From an uncultured Methanobacteriaceae archaeon (GTDB lineage: Archaea; Methanobacteriota; Methanobacteria; Methanobacteriales; Methanobacteriaceae), in NCBI GenBank assembly GCA_963733445.1, contig CAVTDF010000003.1:470592-534591 (forward strand): a stretch of DNA of 64,000 nt, given 5' to 3'. Below are positions 12,774 to 24,276 of the stretch, piece after piece. The position numbers and the translations under genes are program-made. The notes beneath the pieces were generated by a model, which did not search any database, was not told the DNA's origin, and saw nothing but the letters and a program-made list of their open reading frames with translations. Each line of letters starts with the position of its first letter. The stretch's first letter is position 1.

Positions 12774-13619
12774 TTATTTAACGATTTCAGCCATGTAACT
12801 CCTTAAATCTTCTCCAACCTCTGGGTCTTCCAGTGCTATTTCAATTGAACTTTTTAGCCATTCCACTGTGTTTCCTATGTCATATATTTTCCCTTCGAAT
12901 ACATGCCCATATATCTTTTCAAGCGATTTCATGGCATCTGTAAGCTGAATTTCACCCCCAACACCCGGAGTCAGGTTATCTATGTGATCGAATATTTCAG
13001 GTGTTAGAATGTACCTACCTGTAATTGCCAGATTTGATGGTGCATCGTGGAGTTTTGGTTTTTCAACAAGATCTTCAATTTCATAAAGATTATTAGAAAC
13101 TTTATTCCCCTTTATAATTCCATATCTCTCTACTTTTTCATCTGAAACCTTTTCTATGGCTATTGTAGATGATTCATACTTTTTATAAATGTCAATAAGC
13201 TGTTGTGTACAGGGTACATTTGACTTGGCTATGGTGTCACCTAAAAGAACTGCAAAAGCATCCCCATCAACATGCTTTTTAGCGCATGATATTGCATCCC
13301 CCAAACCTCTCTGTTTCTTCTGTCTTACGTAATAAATATCTGCCATTTCAGATATAGCCTCGATTTCATGGAGATTTTCCGTTTTTCCACAATTTCTAAG
13401 GAAGTACTCAAGTTCAAATGACTTGTCAAAGTGATCTTCTATTGATCTCTTTCCTTTACCTGTTACTATAAGAATATCATCAATTCCAGATGAAACTGCC
13501 TCTTCAACCACATACTGGATGGTTGGTTTGTTGAACACAGGTAACATCTCCTTTGGTTGTGCTTTAGTAGCTGGTAAAAATCTTGTACCAAGTCCTGCAG
13601 CAGGTATAACACCTTTCAT
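12774..13619 (-). CDS. galU: UTP-glucose-1-phosphate uridylyltransferase
   Basis: PAAGLGTRFLPATKAQPKEML, VEKP. Confidence 0.95.
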   Translation of the reverse strand: MKGVIPAAGLGTRFLPATKAQPKEMLPVFNKPTIQYVVEEAVSSGIDDILIVTGKGKRSIEDHFDKSFELEYFLRNCGKTENLHEIEAISEMADIYYVRQKKQRGLGDAISCAKKHVDGDAFAVLLGDTIAKSNVPCTQQLIDIYKKYESSTIAIEKVSDEKVERYGIIKGNKVSNNLYEIEDLVEKPKLHDAPSNLAITGRYILTPEIFDHIDNLTPGVGGEIQLTDAMKSLEKIYGHVFEGKIYDIGNTVEWLKSSIEIALEDPEVGEDLRSYMAEIVK

Positions 13620-13776
13620 ATTAAATCACCTACATAATCTGATTATATTTGAATATATAAATTCATTTAAGATTGTACTTATCTGTATTTGTGATTGTAA
13701 TTAAATTAAACATATTTAGGTAATTGTTTAATAGGAATGGAATATATAAATTTCTGAGAAATCTATGGTGTTGTAA

Positions 13777-14241
13777 ATGATAGAAGGTGTGAAGACTAAA
13801 AATCTTAAGGTGATCCCAGACGAAAGGGGTTGGCTAATGGAAATATTGAGGTGCGATGACGAATTGTATGAAAAATTTGGACAATTATACTTTACAACCG
13901 CCTATCCTGGAGTAGTTAAAGCCTGGCATTTGCACCTAAAACAGAGGGATAACTTCACATGCGTATATGGAATGGTCAAAGTTGCACTGTACGATGTGAG
14001 AAAGAACTCTGGAAGCTACGGTGAATTGAACGAATTTTTTATTGGAGAGAAAAATCCAATGATTATAAGCATTCCAACCTTTGTTTATCACGGGTTTAAA
14101 GCCATAGGAGATAATACTGCATTTTGTATTAATGTACCAAATAATCCTTACAACTACATTGAACCGGATGAATTTAGGTTAGCACCGGATACAAATGAAA
14201 TACCTTACGATTGGATTCTTGAAGGGAAGAAACACGGATAA
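13777..14241 (+). CDS. rfbC: dTDP-4-dehydrorhamnose 3,5-epimerase family
   Basis: PDERGW, KAWHLH, YHGF cupin motifs; upstream of rfbB. Confidence 0.85.
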   Translation: MIEGVKTKNLKVIPDERGWLMEILRCDDELYEKFGQLYFTTAYPGVVKAWHLHLKQRDNFTCVYGMVKVALYDVRKNSGSYGELNEFFIGEKNPMIISIPTFVYHGFKAIGDNTAFCINVPNNPYNYIEPDEFRLAPDTNEIPYDWILEGKKHG

Positions 14242-14285
14242 ATATAAAATCCTAAAAAATTATATTGAATTGAAAATTATAATAA

Positions 14286-15236
14286 ATGGTGAAAAAAATG
14301 AAAATGCTTATTACAGGAGGAGCAGGATTTATTGGCTGTAACTTTGTCCATCAGATGATTAAAAAATTCGATCATGATCTAGTTATCTTTGACAAGCTTA
14401 CATACGCTGCTAATCCAGAGTACCTGAATGATGTGAGAGATAAAATTGAATTTGTTAAGGGTGATATTGGCGACTTTGAGGCAGTAGATAAAATTATGAA
14501 GGACTGTGACATGGTAGTGAATTTTGCTGCTGAAACGCATGTTGATAGGTCAATTGAAGATCCTGGAGTATTTGTTAAAACAGATGTTATTGGAACTTAC
14601 AATCTTCTTGAATGTGTTAGAAAATACGATATCGAGAGATATCTCCAGATATCAACCGACGAAGTTTATGGAAGCATAGATAATGGTTCTTTCAGTGAAA
14701 AAAGTAATATTGATCCTTCAAGTCCCTACTCTGCAAGCAAAGCTGGTGCTGATGTGCTTGTTAGTGCGTATTATAGAACATATGGGGCCCCTGTGCTGAT
14801 AACACGTAGCAGTAACAATTTTGGACCTTATCAGTTCCCTGAAAAACTGATACCACTCTTCATATTAAACGCAATGCATGATAAACAGCTTCCAGTCTAT
14901 GGTGATGGTAAAAACATTCGCGATTGGATATATGCACCTGACAATTGTTCAGGAATTTACACTGCACTTACAAAAGGAAAACTTGGAGAAGTTTACAACA
15001 TTGGTGGTGGAAATGAAAAAAACAATCTGGAGATAACCAACTTGATACTTAAAATCCTTGGAAAACCAGAGAGTCTTATAACCTTTGTTGAAGACCGTCT
15101 AGGACATGATAGAAGGTACTCTTTAGATTCATCAAAGATAATGAAACTTGGATGGAAACCTGAATGTAATTTTGAAGATGCGCTTTTTAAAACCATTAAA
15201 TGGTACAAAGAGAATCTATCCCTTTTTATTGGGTAG
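14286..15236 (+). CDS. rfbB: dTDP-glucose 4,6-dehydratase
   Basis: TGGAGFIG, FAAETHVDRSI, STDEVYG, YSASK, DRLGHDRRY. Confidence 0.95.
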   Translation: MVKKMKMLITGGAGFIGCNFVHQMIKKFDHDLVIFDKLTYAANPEYLNDVRDKIEFVKGDIGDFEAVDKIMKDCDMVVNFAAETHVDRSIEDPGVFVKTDVIGTYNLLECVRKYDIERYLQISTDEVYGSIDNGSFSEKSNIDPSSPYSASKAGADVLVSAYYRTYGAPVLITRSSNNFGPYQFPEKLIPLFILNAMHDKQLPVYGDGKNIRDWIYAPDNCSGIYTALTKGKLGEVYNIGGGNEKNNLEITNLILKILGKPESLITFVEDRLGHDRRYSLDSSKIMKLGWKPECNFEDALFKTIKWYKENLSLFIG

Positions 15237-15255
15237 ATTATCCCATTTTATTTTA

Positions 15256-15549
15256 TTAATTAAAATAAGGTTTCAAAATCTTTAACAGATCAGTTTCTGA
15301 TATACCGTAAATTTTCAGGATTTTATGATGACTTTTATGTCCTGATATGATTTCTACAGGAGTTTTAGTAATTTTAGAAAATTCGTCTACTATTTCCTTG
15401 TTTGCCCGGCCTTTCTGTGGATATGCTTTTATTCTAACTTCAACTGCTTCTCTCCACTCATTGTAACCAGATATTCCAAATTTGTCAGATCTAGGCGACA
15501 CTTCTATGTTGAGAAGTATCCCATCCTTGGTCCGTGTTATAGCATTCAT
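15256..15549 (-). CDS. DUF167/YggU family protein
   Basis: V.P.S...P.KGRAN.E and G.KS..K pattern. Confidence 0.85.
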   Translation of the reverse strand: MNAITRTKDGILLNIEVSPRSDKFGISGYNEWREAVEVRIKAYPQKGRANKEIVDEFSKITKTPVEIISGHKSHHKILKIYGISETDLLKILKPYFN

Positions 15550-15740
15550 AAAATCATTCCATTATTCATCCTTAATTCAAGTTTTTTTTGTATAATATAT
15601 GTTATATGGTTCCTATTTTGTATCCCATCTTTATTAAGTTAATATTTGGGTTTTTAGAGTCCAACCGAATCAAGGAAAACATTTAAATAGTGAGACGTAA
15701 AGAAGTTGGTATGTTCAAATAGCTATATTATTTATTTGAT

Positions 15741-15827
<87 letters not shown>

Positions 15828-15938
15828 CTTATGATTTAAATATAAGAAAAATGTATTCATCTTTTTATATTTCAAATATGTAATAAATGTAAATTCATAT
15901 CTTTTTTTTTATTAACCACGAATAATTAGTGAATTGAA

Positions 15939-16352
15939 TTATTCAATTATTATGGTTACCTTTAAAGGTTTAGAGTTTTTTAAATCCTTGATCAGTTCCT
16001 CTTTAAGGTCACATGCTGCTTTATCCGCATCTATCATGAGGGTTCTGCTGCATTTGAAATCACTTTTCCTTAAAACCATGTCTGTGGGGTGATCAAGAGT
16101 TAGTTCAGGATGTCCATTACCCTTTATCTCATCTACAGCATTTTCAGTTTCTAGTCTAATTGTTATACGTGTATTATCATCCTTGATGGCGTTGGATATC
16201 TCTTCTGGAATATTATCCATTGACACAGGAGATTTAACCCCTATTATGCAGTCTGCTCTTTTACTTATATGGGGATCCTTAGTTAATTCCAGGGTTGTTT
16301 TATGTTCTGATGTTATATTTGGGTGGCCCATTACTAAAAAAGTATACTCCAT
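15939..16352 (-). CDS. DUF371 family protein
   Basis: GHPNI...H.TTLE.TKD and DCIIGV, RKSDF motifs; probable start MEYTF at 16352. Confidence 0.85.
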   Translation of the reverse strand: MEYTFLVMGHPNITSEHKTTLELTKDPHISKRADCIIGVKSPVSMDNIPEEISNAIKDDNTRITIRLETENAVDEIKGNGHPELTLDHPTDMVLRKSDFKCSRTLMIDADKAACDLKEELIKDLKNSKPLKVTIIIE

Positions 16353-16538
16353 GTTTTTAAACCTTCCAATTGACATTTGATCTTAAAATTTTTTTTTAAA
16401 ATGGATTATGTTTACTTAACAAATTCAACAAATTGTTAAATAATAATTATTAATTGAAATTTTAAACATTATAATTATCTTTAAATCCGATATAAATTTT
16501 ACATTGAAATTATAACTAATAGTTAGAGGTTGACAATC

Positions 16539-17399
16539 ATGAAAATATCTTGTGTTATAGAAAATACTGCAAAATTTTCATCAGAATTTTACGCCGAGCA
16601 CGGGCTTTCTATTTTAATCGAATATAAGAGTGATAAAGTTTTATTTGATACTGGTAAGACTCCCGAAGTTTTAAAAAAGAATCTTACACTTCTAAATGGA
16701 TTAGAAGGTCTTAAATCTGTTGTTTTAAGCCACGGACACAAGGACCATACAGGAGGGCTATCTTACTTAATGAATAATAGCTCTGCAGATATTTTTATGC
16801 ACGAAAAAGCCATTTTACCCAAATATGTTTTGAGAAATGATAAAATGGAGTTTATTGGAACAAGTGAAGTTTTAAAAACTAAAGATAACAACGTTTTGAA
16901 AGAAGATCAAAAAAATAAATCTGAAACAAAGGTTGAATTAATTTCAAAAACTACTGAAATAGCCACCAATATCTTTATATTCTCTGAGATTTCATTAGAT
17001 AATGACTTTGAAGAGATAGACCCATCATTTTATATTAAAGATCATGGAAAGTTTTTTAAAGACAATTTTGAAGATGAAGTTGTGTTAGTAATTAAAACGG
17101 ATCAAGGACTCATGATCTTATCAGGATGTGCACACAGAGGTATTGTAAATACTGTTTCATCTGTGGTTAAATTTTTCAACAACGATGATGTTTACGCTGT
17201 GATTGGTGGTACGCATCTTGTATCGGCCAGTGAAGATATTATTAAGAAAACAATTAAAGAACTGAAAAAATATGATCCAAAATATCTGATCCTCGGACAT
17301 TGCAATGGCTTAGATGCTATGTGCATATTTAAAAATGTATTTGAGAGTAAATTTGAAACACTTGAATCTGGTAAAGAAATAATTATAAGTATGGAATAA
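16539..17399 (+). CDS. MBL-fold metallohydrolase (COG1237 type)
   Basis: EHGLS, FDTG, SHGHKDHTGG, GCAH, GGTH, GHC. Confidence 0.85.
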   Translation: MKISCVIENTAKFSSEFYAEHGLSILIEYKSDKVLFDTGKTPEVLKKNLTLLNGLEGLKSVVLSHGHKDHTGGLSYLMNNSSADIFMHEKAILPKYVLRNDKMEFIGTSEVLKTKDNNVLKEDQKNKSETKVELISKTTEIATNIFIFSEISLDNDFEEIDPSFYIKDHGKFFKDNFEDEVVLVIKTDQGLMILSGCAHRGIVNTVSSVVKFFNNDDVYAVIGGTHLVSASEDIIKKTIKELKKYDPKYLILGHCNGLDAMCIFKNVFESKFETLESGKEIIISME

Positions 17400-17415
17400 A
17401 TTTATAAAGGTTTAA

Positions 17416-17895
17416 ATGACAAAAAAAGTAATATTAAAGGGTACTTATTGTCTTATAATATATTTAAGAAAAGATAAAGCTATTGAAATTGGTAAACGTG
17501 GTTCTACTAATTTCAGAAGGGGTTATTATGTTTACGTTGGTTCTGCACTTAACTCTCTGGAAAGTCGTTTAAAAAGGCATTTAAGCACTAATAAAAAACT
17601 TTTCTGGCATGTTGATTACCTCTTAAACGATTATAATGCAGAAATAGAGGAGATCGTGTTTGCAGTTGATGAAGGTAAATGGGAATGTGTCCTGGCAGCT
17701 GAGGTATCCAAAGAAGGAGTTGAAGTTAGGGGTTTCGGTTGCTCGGACTGTAATTGTAGTTCCCACCTGTTCTACTTTGATGAGTTAGAGGAAACCACTT
17801 TAGTCTGTATTAATTCATTTAAAAGGATATCGTTGGAACCTAATAAATTTGATGATTTAAAAGAAATTAAATCCCTTGAAAATAAATTAAAATGA
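17416..17895 (+). CDS. GIY-YIG/Uri-type endonuclease (DUF123)
   Basis: GTYCL..YVYVGSA, RLKRH, WHVDYLL, FGCSDC.C.SHL. Confidence 0.85.
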   Translation: MTKKVILKGTYCLIIYLRKDKAIEIGKRGSTNFRRGYYVYVGSALNSLESRLKRHLSTNKKLFWHVDYLLNDYNAEIEEIVFAVDEGKWECVLAAEVSKEGVEVRGFGCSDCNCSSHLFYFDELEETTLVCINSFKRISLEPNKFDDLKEIKSLENKLK

Positions 17896-17937
17896 GAATT
17901 ATAAAGATTCTAAATATCTATTATTTTTATATTATGG

Positions 17938-18735
17938 TTACTGATACTTCCTGAAAAATTCATCGAACTCATCTATATTCATTGGTTCAGGAATTACAAA
18001 TTTTTGATTTTCGTATATGGCTTTGGCAAGTTCTCTGTAAACTTCTGCCTGTTTTGAATCTGGAAATTTTTCTAAAACTGTTTTAGCATCGATTTCACTC
18101 TTCTGAACCATCTCATTTCGGGGTATGACCCCTATGATCCTGCTGTTGACCCTACCAGCAAACTCCTGAACAATTTCAAGCTCATTTTCAATTCCCCTGC
18201 AGTTGCAGATGATACCGCCAAAACTGCCTTTAAGTTTTTTTATTCCCTTACATATGTTGTTGGCTGCATATAGGGCCATATACTCGCCTGATGTGACTAT
18301 GTAAACTTCGTCTGCAAAGTTTTCACGAAGTGGTACAGCAAATCCACCGCAGACAACATCTCCGAGCACATCGTAGATTATCAGATCTAGATCATTTGAA
18401 AAAACACCGAGTCGTTCCAGGAGATTCATGGCTACAATTACTCCCCTTCCTGCGCATCCAACTCCAGGTTCAGGACCTCCAGATTCAACACATCTCACTT
18501 CACCGTATCCTCTAAACAAAATATCATCTATGGATACATCCTTCCTATCTTTTAAAATATCTAGTACTGTTGGTATTCTTTCACCCACCAATGTACGGGT
18601 TGTGTCTGCCTTAGGATCACAGCCTATTACAAGCACATTTTTATCTTGAGAATGGGCTGCTGCAATGTTTGATACTATGGTGGATTTTCCAATTCCGCCC
18701 TTTCCATAGATGGCAATTTTTTTGGTTTTACTCAT
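17938..18735 (-). CDS. cfbC: NifH-like Ni-sirohydrochlorin a,c-diamide reductive cyclase reductase subunit (F430 biosynthesis)
   Basis: YGKGGIGKST, GCDPKAD, ESGGPEPGVGCAGRG, DVVCGGF; no nifDK nearby. Confidence 0.8.
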   Translation of the reverse strand: MSKTKKIAIYGKGGIGKSTIVSNIAAAHSQDKNVLVIGCDPKADTTRTLVGERIPTVLDILKDRKDVSIDDILFRGYGEVRCVESGGPEPGVGCAGRGVIVAMNLLERLGVFSNDLDLIIYDVLGDVVCGGFAVPLRENFADEVYIVTSGEYMALYAANNICKGIKKLKGSFGGIICNCRGIENELEIVQEFAGRVNSRIIGVIPRNEMVQKSEIDAKTVLEKFPDSKQAEVYRELAKAIYENQKFVIPEPMNIDEFDEFFRKYQ

Positions 18736-19210
18736 CCCCTCTCACCATTGCACCTATGATATCCCCCCTGGTAACTATTCCTATTAATTTACCCTCTTTA
18801 TTAACTACAGGAAGTCTCTTCACTTTGTGTGAATCCATTAATTCTGCTGCGTCTGATATTGAAGCATCAGGACCTATTTTAACCACTTTTTTGGTCATTA
18901 TTTGGTCTATTACAGTTGATCCTGCCCTTTGCATGTCTTCTGCAATTTCATCGAGTTCGTATTTCATTCTCAATGGAAGTTCAATCAAGTCTAGTGGTGC
19001 TGGAAGTATGAGGTTTATTTTTGGTGAATGTACTTCAAGGAGTCTCATTATATCTCCTTCACTGATCACTCCCACAACCTTGTTATTTTCATCTACAACA
19101 GGAGCTCCGCTTATTTTATTGTCCCTGAAACTCTGTGCTACATCAACTATTTTATCCAGTTCATTAAATTTTATGACATCCTTCTTCATAGCATCTTCAA
19201 TTTTCATCAA
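18728..19210 (-). CDS. CBS-pair domain protein
   Basis: ISGAPVVD..VVGVISEGD and VKRLPVV..LIGIVTRGD; overlaps cfbC start. Confidence 0.9.
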   Translation of the reverse strand: MMKIEDAMKKDVIKFNELDKIVDVAQSFRDNKISGAPVVDENNKVVGVISEGDIMRLLEVHSPKINLILPAPLDLIELPLRMKYELDEIAEDMQRAGSTVIDQIMTKKVVKIGPDASISDAAELMDSHKVKRLPVVNKEGKLIGIVTRGDIIGAMVRGDE

Positions 19211-19366
19211 ATCGACTCCATATTACTGATTCTTTAACCATTTCAAATGTCTTATAAAAGATATCTTGTGGTAAGTGAAATTTTACATTATCTTTGATTT
19301 TTCTACTACATTTGTTTTGTTATAAGTTGTATCTACATTTGCAACGTTTATTAAAAAATAATTATT

Positions 19367-20653
19367 CTAACAATATTCTTTCTTTTTAATTCTTTTGTAT
19401 ACTGCATCGTTGGGTCTTACCTTTTCTTCGACATGAATTGCTACATTTTGACCCTTGGAAATTTTTTCTATATTTTTTCCATCTACTTGCATTGATACTA
19501 TTTCAATTAATATCGATCCTGTTGTTTTACCCTGTATAATTATTTCATCACCTATTTCAAGATTCTCCCAAAGCCTTATTTCAGCTGCACAGACCTTATG
19601 GTAGTAATTCACCACCACGCCAACATCTTTTTTGACATGTGTTGCTTGGTTGGAGGTGCTGGTTTCATGTGGTGTTCTAAAGAAAAATCCCGTATCAAAT
19701 CCTCTGTTAAACACTTTGGCAAGTTCTGTCTTCCATTTTCTGATATTCTGCTGGTGGTCCGGTGAATTCCATTTACCCTCCTCGTAAATGTTAATAGCTT
19801 CCCTGTAGATCCTTGTTACTGTAGCTACATAATCTGCAGGTTTGGCTCTTCCCTCTATTTTAAACACATTTATTCCGGCTTCTATCAATTCAGGTACATA
19901 TTCTAGCATGCAGAGATCCTTTGGACTGAATATATGTGATTTATCAGATTTTGAATCTAAAAATACAGTAATATCTTCATGAACATTTGAATCATCTAAA
20001 GATTCAACCCCACCACTCATTACCAGTTCATCGTCATCTTCTGATATCATTTTCCATTCTTTTCTACATGGTTGAAGGCATTCCCCACAGTTTGCGCTTT
20101 TATTGTACAAATAAGAACTTAGAAAACATCTCCCTGAAATTGCAACACACATTGCACCGTGTACAAATACTTCAATCTCCATTTTCGTGTTTTTCGCAAT
20201 TTCTTCAATTTCTTTAAGTGAGTTTTCCCTTGAAAGTACAGCTCGTGAAACACCCAGTTCTTTAAGAACCTTCAAAGCCTCGCTGTTTGATAAATTGGCC
20301 TGTACACTCATGTGAACTGGAAGATCATTTTCACGGACTATATTAAGTGCTCCTAGATCTGATACAATGACTGCATTTGCACCCGATGATTTGATTAAGG
20401 GCATTAAATTTCTTAATTCAACTAAATCACTTTCTTTAACCACTGTATTAATACATACGTAAAGTTGAACATCTGAATCCTGGCAGATTTTTACTACACC
20501 TTCAAGATCATCAATTGAAAAATTGGCCACATTAGCTCTCATATTGTATTTCTGTAAACCTATGTAAATTGAGTCTGCTCCGTTATTGATTGCAGAGTAC
20601 AATGATGCCATGTCCCTTGCAGGTGAAAGAAGTTCAACGATTTTAATCACCAA
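19367..20653 (-). CDS. Peptidase U32 family protein (tRNA hydroxylation-type); start uncertain
   Basis: ELLSPA, FVHGAMCVAISGRC, CLQPCR, SPKDL, KIEGR. Confidence 0.88.
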   Translation of the reverse strand: MVIKIVELLSPARDMASLYSAINNGADSIYIGLQKYNMRANVANFSIDDLEGVVKICQDSDVQLYVCINTVVKESDLVELRNLMPLIKSSGANAVIVSDLGALNIVRENDLPVHMSVQANLSNSEALKVLKELGVSRAVLSRENSLKEIEEIAKNTKMEIEVFVHGAMCVAISGRCFLSSYLYNKSANCGECLQPCRKEWKMISEDDDELVMSGGVESLDDSNVHEDITVFLDSKSDKSHIFSPKDLCMLEYVPELIEAGINVFKIEGRAKPADYVATVTRIYREAINIYEEGKWNSPDHQQNIRKWKTELAKVFNRGFDTGFFFRTPHETSTSNQATHVKKDVGVVVNYYHKVCAAEIRLWENLEIGDEIIIQGKTTGSILIEIVSMQVDGKNIEKISKGQNVAIHVEEKVRPNDAVYKRIKKKEYC

Positions 20654-20702
20654 GATTGTTAATTAACTTAAAAATAATATTTATATCGGATATAATTTGA
20701 CT

Positions 20703-22103
20703 TTAACAACGATTTGCCTCGTATTCTTCAATATTATCTGGTAATGCAGTTGGATATTCTCCAGTGAGGCATCCTACACATAAATTCCCGTTTTTAATCC
20801 CAATACACTCAATAAGAGATTCTAAACTTAAGTAGCCTAATGAGTCTACTCCTAATGTTTTTCTTATTTCTTCAACTTCTTTATCTGAAGCTATAAGCTC
20901 TTTTTTTGTTGCCATTGCTATTCCATAATAACATGGAGAGATTATAGGCGGACAACCTACACGTAAATGTATTTCTCGAGCACCTGCTTCCCTTAATACT
21001 TTCACAAGGGATCTTGATGTTGTTCCTCTGACTATACTGTCGTCAACAAGTACTATTCTTTTACCTTCAAGTTCTGATTTTATTGGGTTCATCTTAAGTC
21101 TTACAGATGTTTCACGTTCTTTTTGAGTGGGCATAATAAATGTCCTACCCACATAACGGTTTTTAATGAGTCCCTCACCGTATCCTAGTCCAGATTCCCG
21201 AGAGTAACCTATAGCAGCTGTAATTGCAGAATCGGGTACAGGCATGACAACATCAGCATCCGCTGGGAACTCTCTTGAAAGGGCCTTCCCAATGTTCAGT
21301 CTAACATTGTAAACGGATTTTCCATCTAATATACTGTCAGGACGTGCAAAATAAACATATTCAAACATGCAGTGTGCTCTTCTAGGTTTTTCTTCATCAG
21401 GAATTTTATAACTTTTAATTTTTCCGTTTATATGAAGTATTTCACCGGGTTCAACATCGCGAACGTAATTGGCACCTACAACATCAAAAGCTACAGTTTC
21501 TGAAGCTACCAATATTAAATCATCCATTTTACCCATTGAGAGTGGTTTTATACCACTTGGATCTCTGACAACAAAAAGATCATCATTTACAAGTATTACA
21601 AGAGAATAAGAACCTTTAAGCATTTTTGTGACGTTTCGAATCACATCAACCATTTCTTTTGTTTTTGAGTGTTCTCTTGTTAGGAGGTGACATATTACTT
21701 CAGAGTCTGTTGTTGATTTGAATTTGTATCCTAAAAGTTCTAGTTCACATCGGAGTTCCATTGAGTTAATTATATCTCCATTGTGAGCTATTGCAATGGT
21801 TCCTGAGTCAAATTCACTGAAAAATGGTTGAGAATTTTCTATTTTTGATTTACCTGTGGTTGAATATCTAACATGTCCTATGCCTACATGTCCATCCATT
21901 CCTTCCATGTTTCCATTGTTGAAAACATCACAAACAAGACCCATACCACGGAAGGTCGATATTTCGCCACCGTTGTAAGCAGATATACCCGCAGATTCCT
22001 GTCCTCTGTGCTGCAGAGCATACAAACCATAGTATATCTGGCGAGAAATATTAATGGACTTATTACGAGAATATGCACCTACAATACCACATTTATCCCT
22101 CAA
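20703..22103 (-). CDS. purF: Amidophosphoribosyltransferase
   Basis: Propeptide then [23 protein letters not shown] motif [10 protein letters not shown], Fe-S cysteines. Confidence 0.97.
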   Translation of the reverse strand: MRDKCGIVGAYSRNKSINISRQIYYGLYALQHRGQESAGISAYNGGEISTFRGMGLVCDVFNNGNMEGMDGHVGIGHVRYSTTGKSKIENSQPFFSEFDSGTIAIAHNGDIINSMELRCELELLGYKFKSTTDSEVICHLLTREHSKTKEMVDVIRNVTKMLKGSYSLVILVNDDLFVVRDPSGIKPLSMGKMDDLILVASETVAFDVVGANYVRDVEPGEILHINGKIKSYKIPDEEKPRRAHCMFEYVYFARPDSILDGKSVYNVRLNIGKALSREFPADADVVMPVPDSAITAAIGYSRESGLGYGEGLIKNRYVGRTFIMPTQKERETSVRLKMNPIKSELEGKRIVLVDDSIVRGTTSRSLVKVLREAGAREIHLRVGCPPIISPCYYGIAMATKKELIASDKEVEEIRKTLGVDSLGYLSLESLIECIGIKNGNLCVGCLTGEYPTALPDNIEEYEANRC

Positions 22104-22220
22104 TTGAAAATCTCCCTGATATTATAAGACAATAAATTCAAATAGATTATCTTAAATAGATCATTTATCTTTTTTAAGTTGAAAATTAGATTTCTAGACA
22201 TTTCTTTAGTGATACTTGTA

Positions 22221-23111
22221 TTATTCCTTTAGTAGGTTTGGGTTAAATTTTTCATCTGTAAACTCTTCTTTAAGATCCTCAATCTTGGAATCATAAAAAA
22301 TTAGAACCGCCCTTATTATCTTTAACCATTCTTTAGCAACATCTTTTGAAGCTGCTGCAATATATCCTTGACCTACAATAATTTCATCAGGTTTAAATTC
22401 GTTAGATATAAAATAGATTTGTTCTTCTTCATCTAATTCTTCATCAAATGATTCTTTCCATAGTTTTTTAAGTGAAAATCGTTCGAAAAGCTGTTTGGAT
22501 TTTATGAATTGATATTTGTTTTTAATATCGACATGCTTCTGTTTGGCATTCCTGAATTCATCTTCAACTGTCTTAAGCTTATCAACTAGATTATCATTTG
22601 AACCTGATAATTTTTTATTTACAGAGTAGAGATTCTGGTTTTCAATCTCCAGATCCTTTTTCTCCTTGGCCAGAACTATTAAATTCTCCCTTGATTCTAT
22701 TAGTTGATCATCAAGTTCCCGGAATTTGTGTATGTTGGCTATTGATGTGAGACCTGTCCTGATAATGGCATTTTTAATCTCCTTCCTAATAATGGATGGA
22801 TCCATGTATTCCACATCATGACCAAATGGGAATTTCATACGCTCAACATGTCCAACTTCATTTTTTAGACATTTTTTGAACTTCTCTGCAAGTTCCCTGC
22901 CTGGTGCATCAACATCAGTTGCAATTAATACTATATCTGCACCCTGAACAGCCTTTTTAGCAATCTCAGGGTTAGTTGTTGGAATTATAGACGAAATGGT
23001 GATGTGGTATTCAGCACCAAGGGCTATGTTCTGCATTGCCCTGGACACTATTTCCACGTCAGAAGCACCTTCCACAATTATTCTAACATCTATGGGATTA
23101 ATCGCATCCAT
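22221..23111 (-). CDS. TOPRIM-domain protein with coiled coil
   Basis: IVEGASD and ATDVD..G TOPRIM motifs. Confidence 0.8.
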   Translation of the reverse strand: MDAINPIDVRIIVEGASDVEIVSRAMQNIALGAEYHITISSIIPTTNPEIAKKAVQGADIVLIATDVDAPGRELAEKFKKCLKNEVGHVERMKFPFGHDVEYMDPSIIRKEIKNAIIRTGLTSIANIHKFRELDDQLIESRENLIVLAKEKKDLEIENQNLYSVNKKLSGSNDNLVDKLKTVEDEFRNAKQKHVDIKNKYQFIKSKQLFERFSLKKLWKESFDEELDEEEQIYFISNEFKPDEIIVGQGYIAAASKDVAKEWLKIIRAVLIFYDSKIEDLKEEFTDEKFNPNLLKE

Positions 23112-23294
23112 TTACTTCAACCTGTAACCATTAAGCTTCTTATTCTGCCAGCTGTAAGTTCTGATCTTACTTGATCTTCCGAATCCACATGCTGCACAGT
23201 ATTTTTTACGTGCGTTGTATGAGTTTTTACCACAACGTCTACAGCGTATATGCGTTTTTTTGTTACGTTTACCAAACGATGGTGTTCCTTTCAT
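23112..23294 (-). CDS. rpl37e: 50S ribosomal protein L37e
   Basis: [15 protein letters not shown]...CAACGF zinc finger. Confidence 0.97.
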   Translation of the reverse strand: MKGTPSFGKRNKKTHIRCRRCGKNSYNARKKYCAACGFGRSSKIRTYSWQNKKLNGYRLK

Positions 23295-23358
23295 TTTATT
23301 GTATCCTCCGTGATCTTAAAAATTATTTTAGTCGAGTTGTAGTAGGATTAGTTTTGAT

Positions 23359-23622
<264 letters not shown>

Positions 23623-23741
23623 TCATTGTTGGTTCGATTTATATTTAAATGTATCCGTTACCAAATAATATAATATTAATATTCCAATTAATGTTTGAAT
23701 TTAAGATTAGAAAAAGATTACATAGACTAAGGTGTTGTAAA

Positions 23742-24218
23742 TTGAAGATACGGAAAAGATATCATCTTAAAAAAAAAATGCTTAAAGAAGTGGAAAAGAA
23801 ACTTGGGGATTACTCAACCATACTGAAACCTAAAAGCAAAATTGAAATCATTGAAACAGACTTGGATGATATCATATTAATTGACGGGACACCTATGATC
23901 ATGTGGATAGATGGAGAACCCTTCCCAACTCTCAAAGGTGCCTTGGAACTGGATATCCAGTCAAGATATGTTGTTGTGGATATGGGCGCTGTAAAATTCG
24001 TTATTAAGGGCGCTGATATAATGTCCCCCGGCATCACAGATGCAGATCCAAATATAAAAAAGGGAGATCTTGTGATAATTGTTGACGAAACCCATAGAAA
24101 ACCTCTTGCAACTGGTAGAAGTTTAATATCAGGAAATGATATGGTTGAAAACCGTGAAGGAAAGGCTGTAAAAACCATTCACCACATCGGTGATAAATTG
24201 TGGGATTTAACAGTTTAA
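23742..24218 (+). CDS. PUA-domain RNA-binding protein
   Basis: [19 protein letters not shown] motif; TTG 23742 follows a GGTG RBS. Confidence 0.9.
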   Translation: MKIRKRYHLKKKMLKEVEKKLGDYSTILKPKSKIEIIETDLDDIILIDGTPMIMWIDGEPFPTLKGALELDIQSRYVVVDMGAVKFVIKGADIMSPGITDADPNIKKGDLVIIVDETHRKPLATGRSLISGNDMVENREGKAVKTIHHIGDKLWDLTV

Positions 24219-24276
24219 ACATTCCATTCCTATTTAAATCGTATGAAAATTCTAATAATATTTGAGGTGTTTAAAA

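Noticed and set aside
17938-18735. Nitrogenase nifH
   Set aside because: No nifD/K/E/N or nifI neighbours; stand-alone NifH-like genes of this type in methanogens are cfbC
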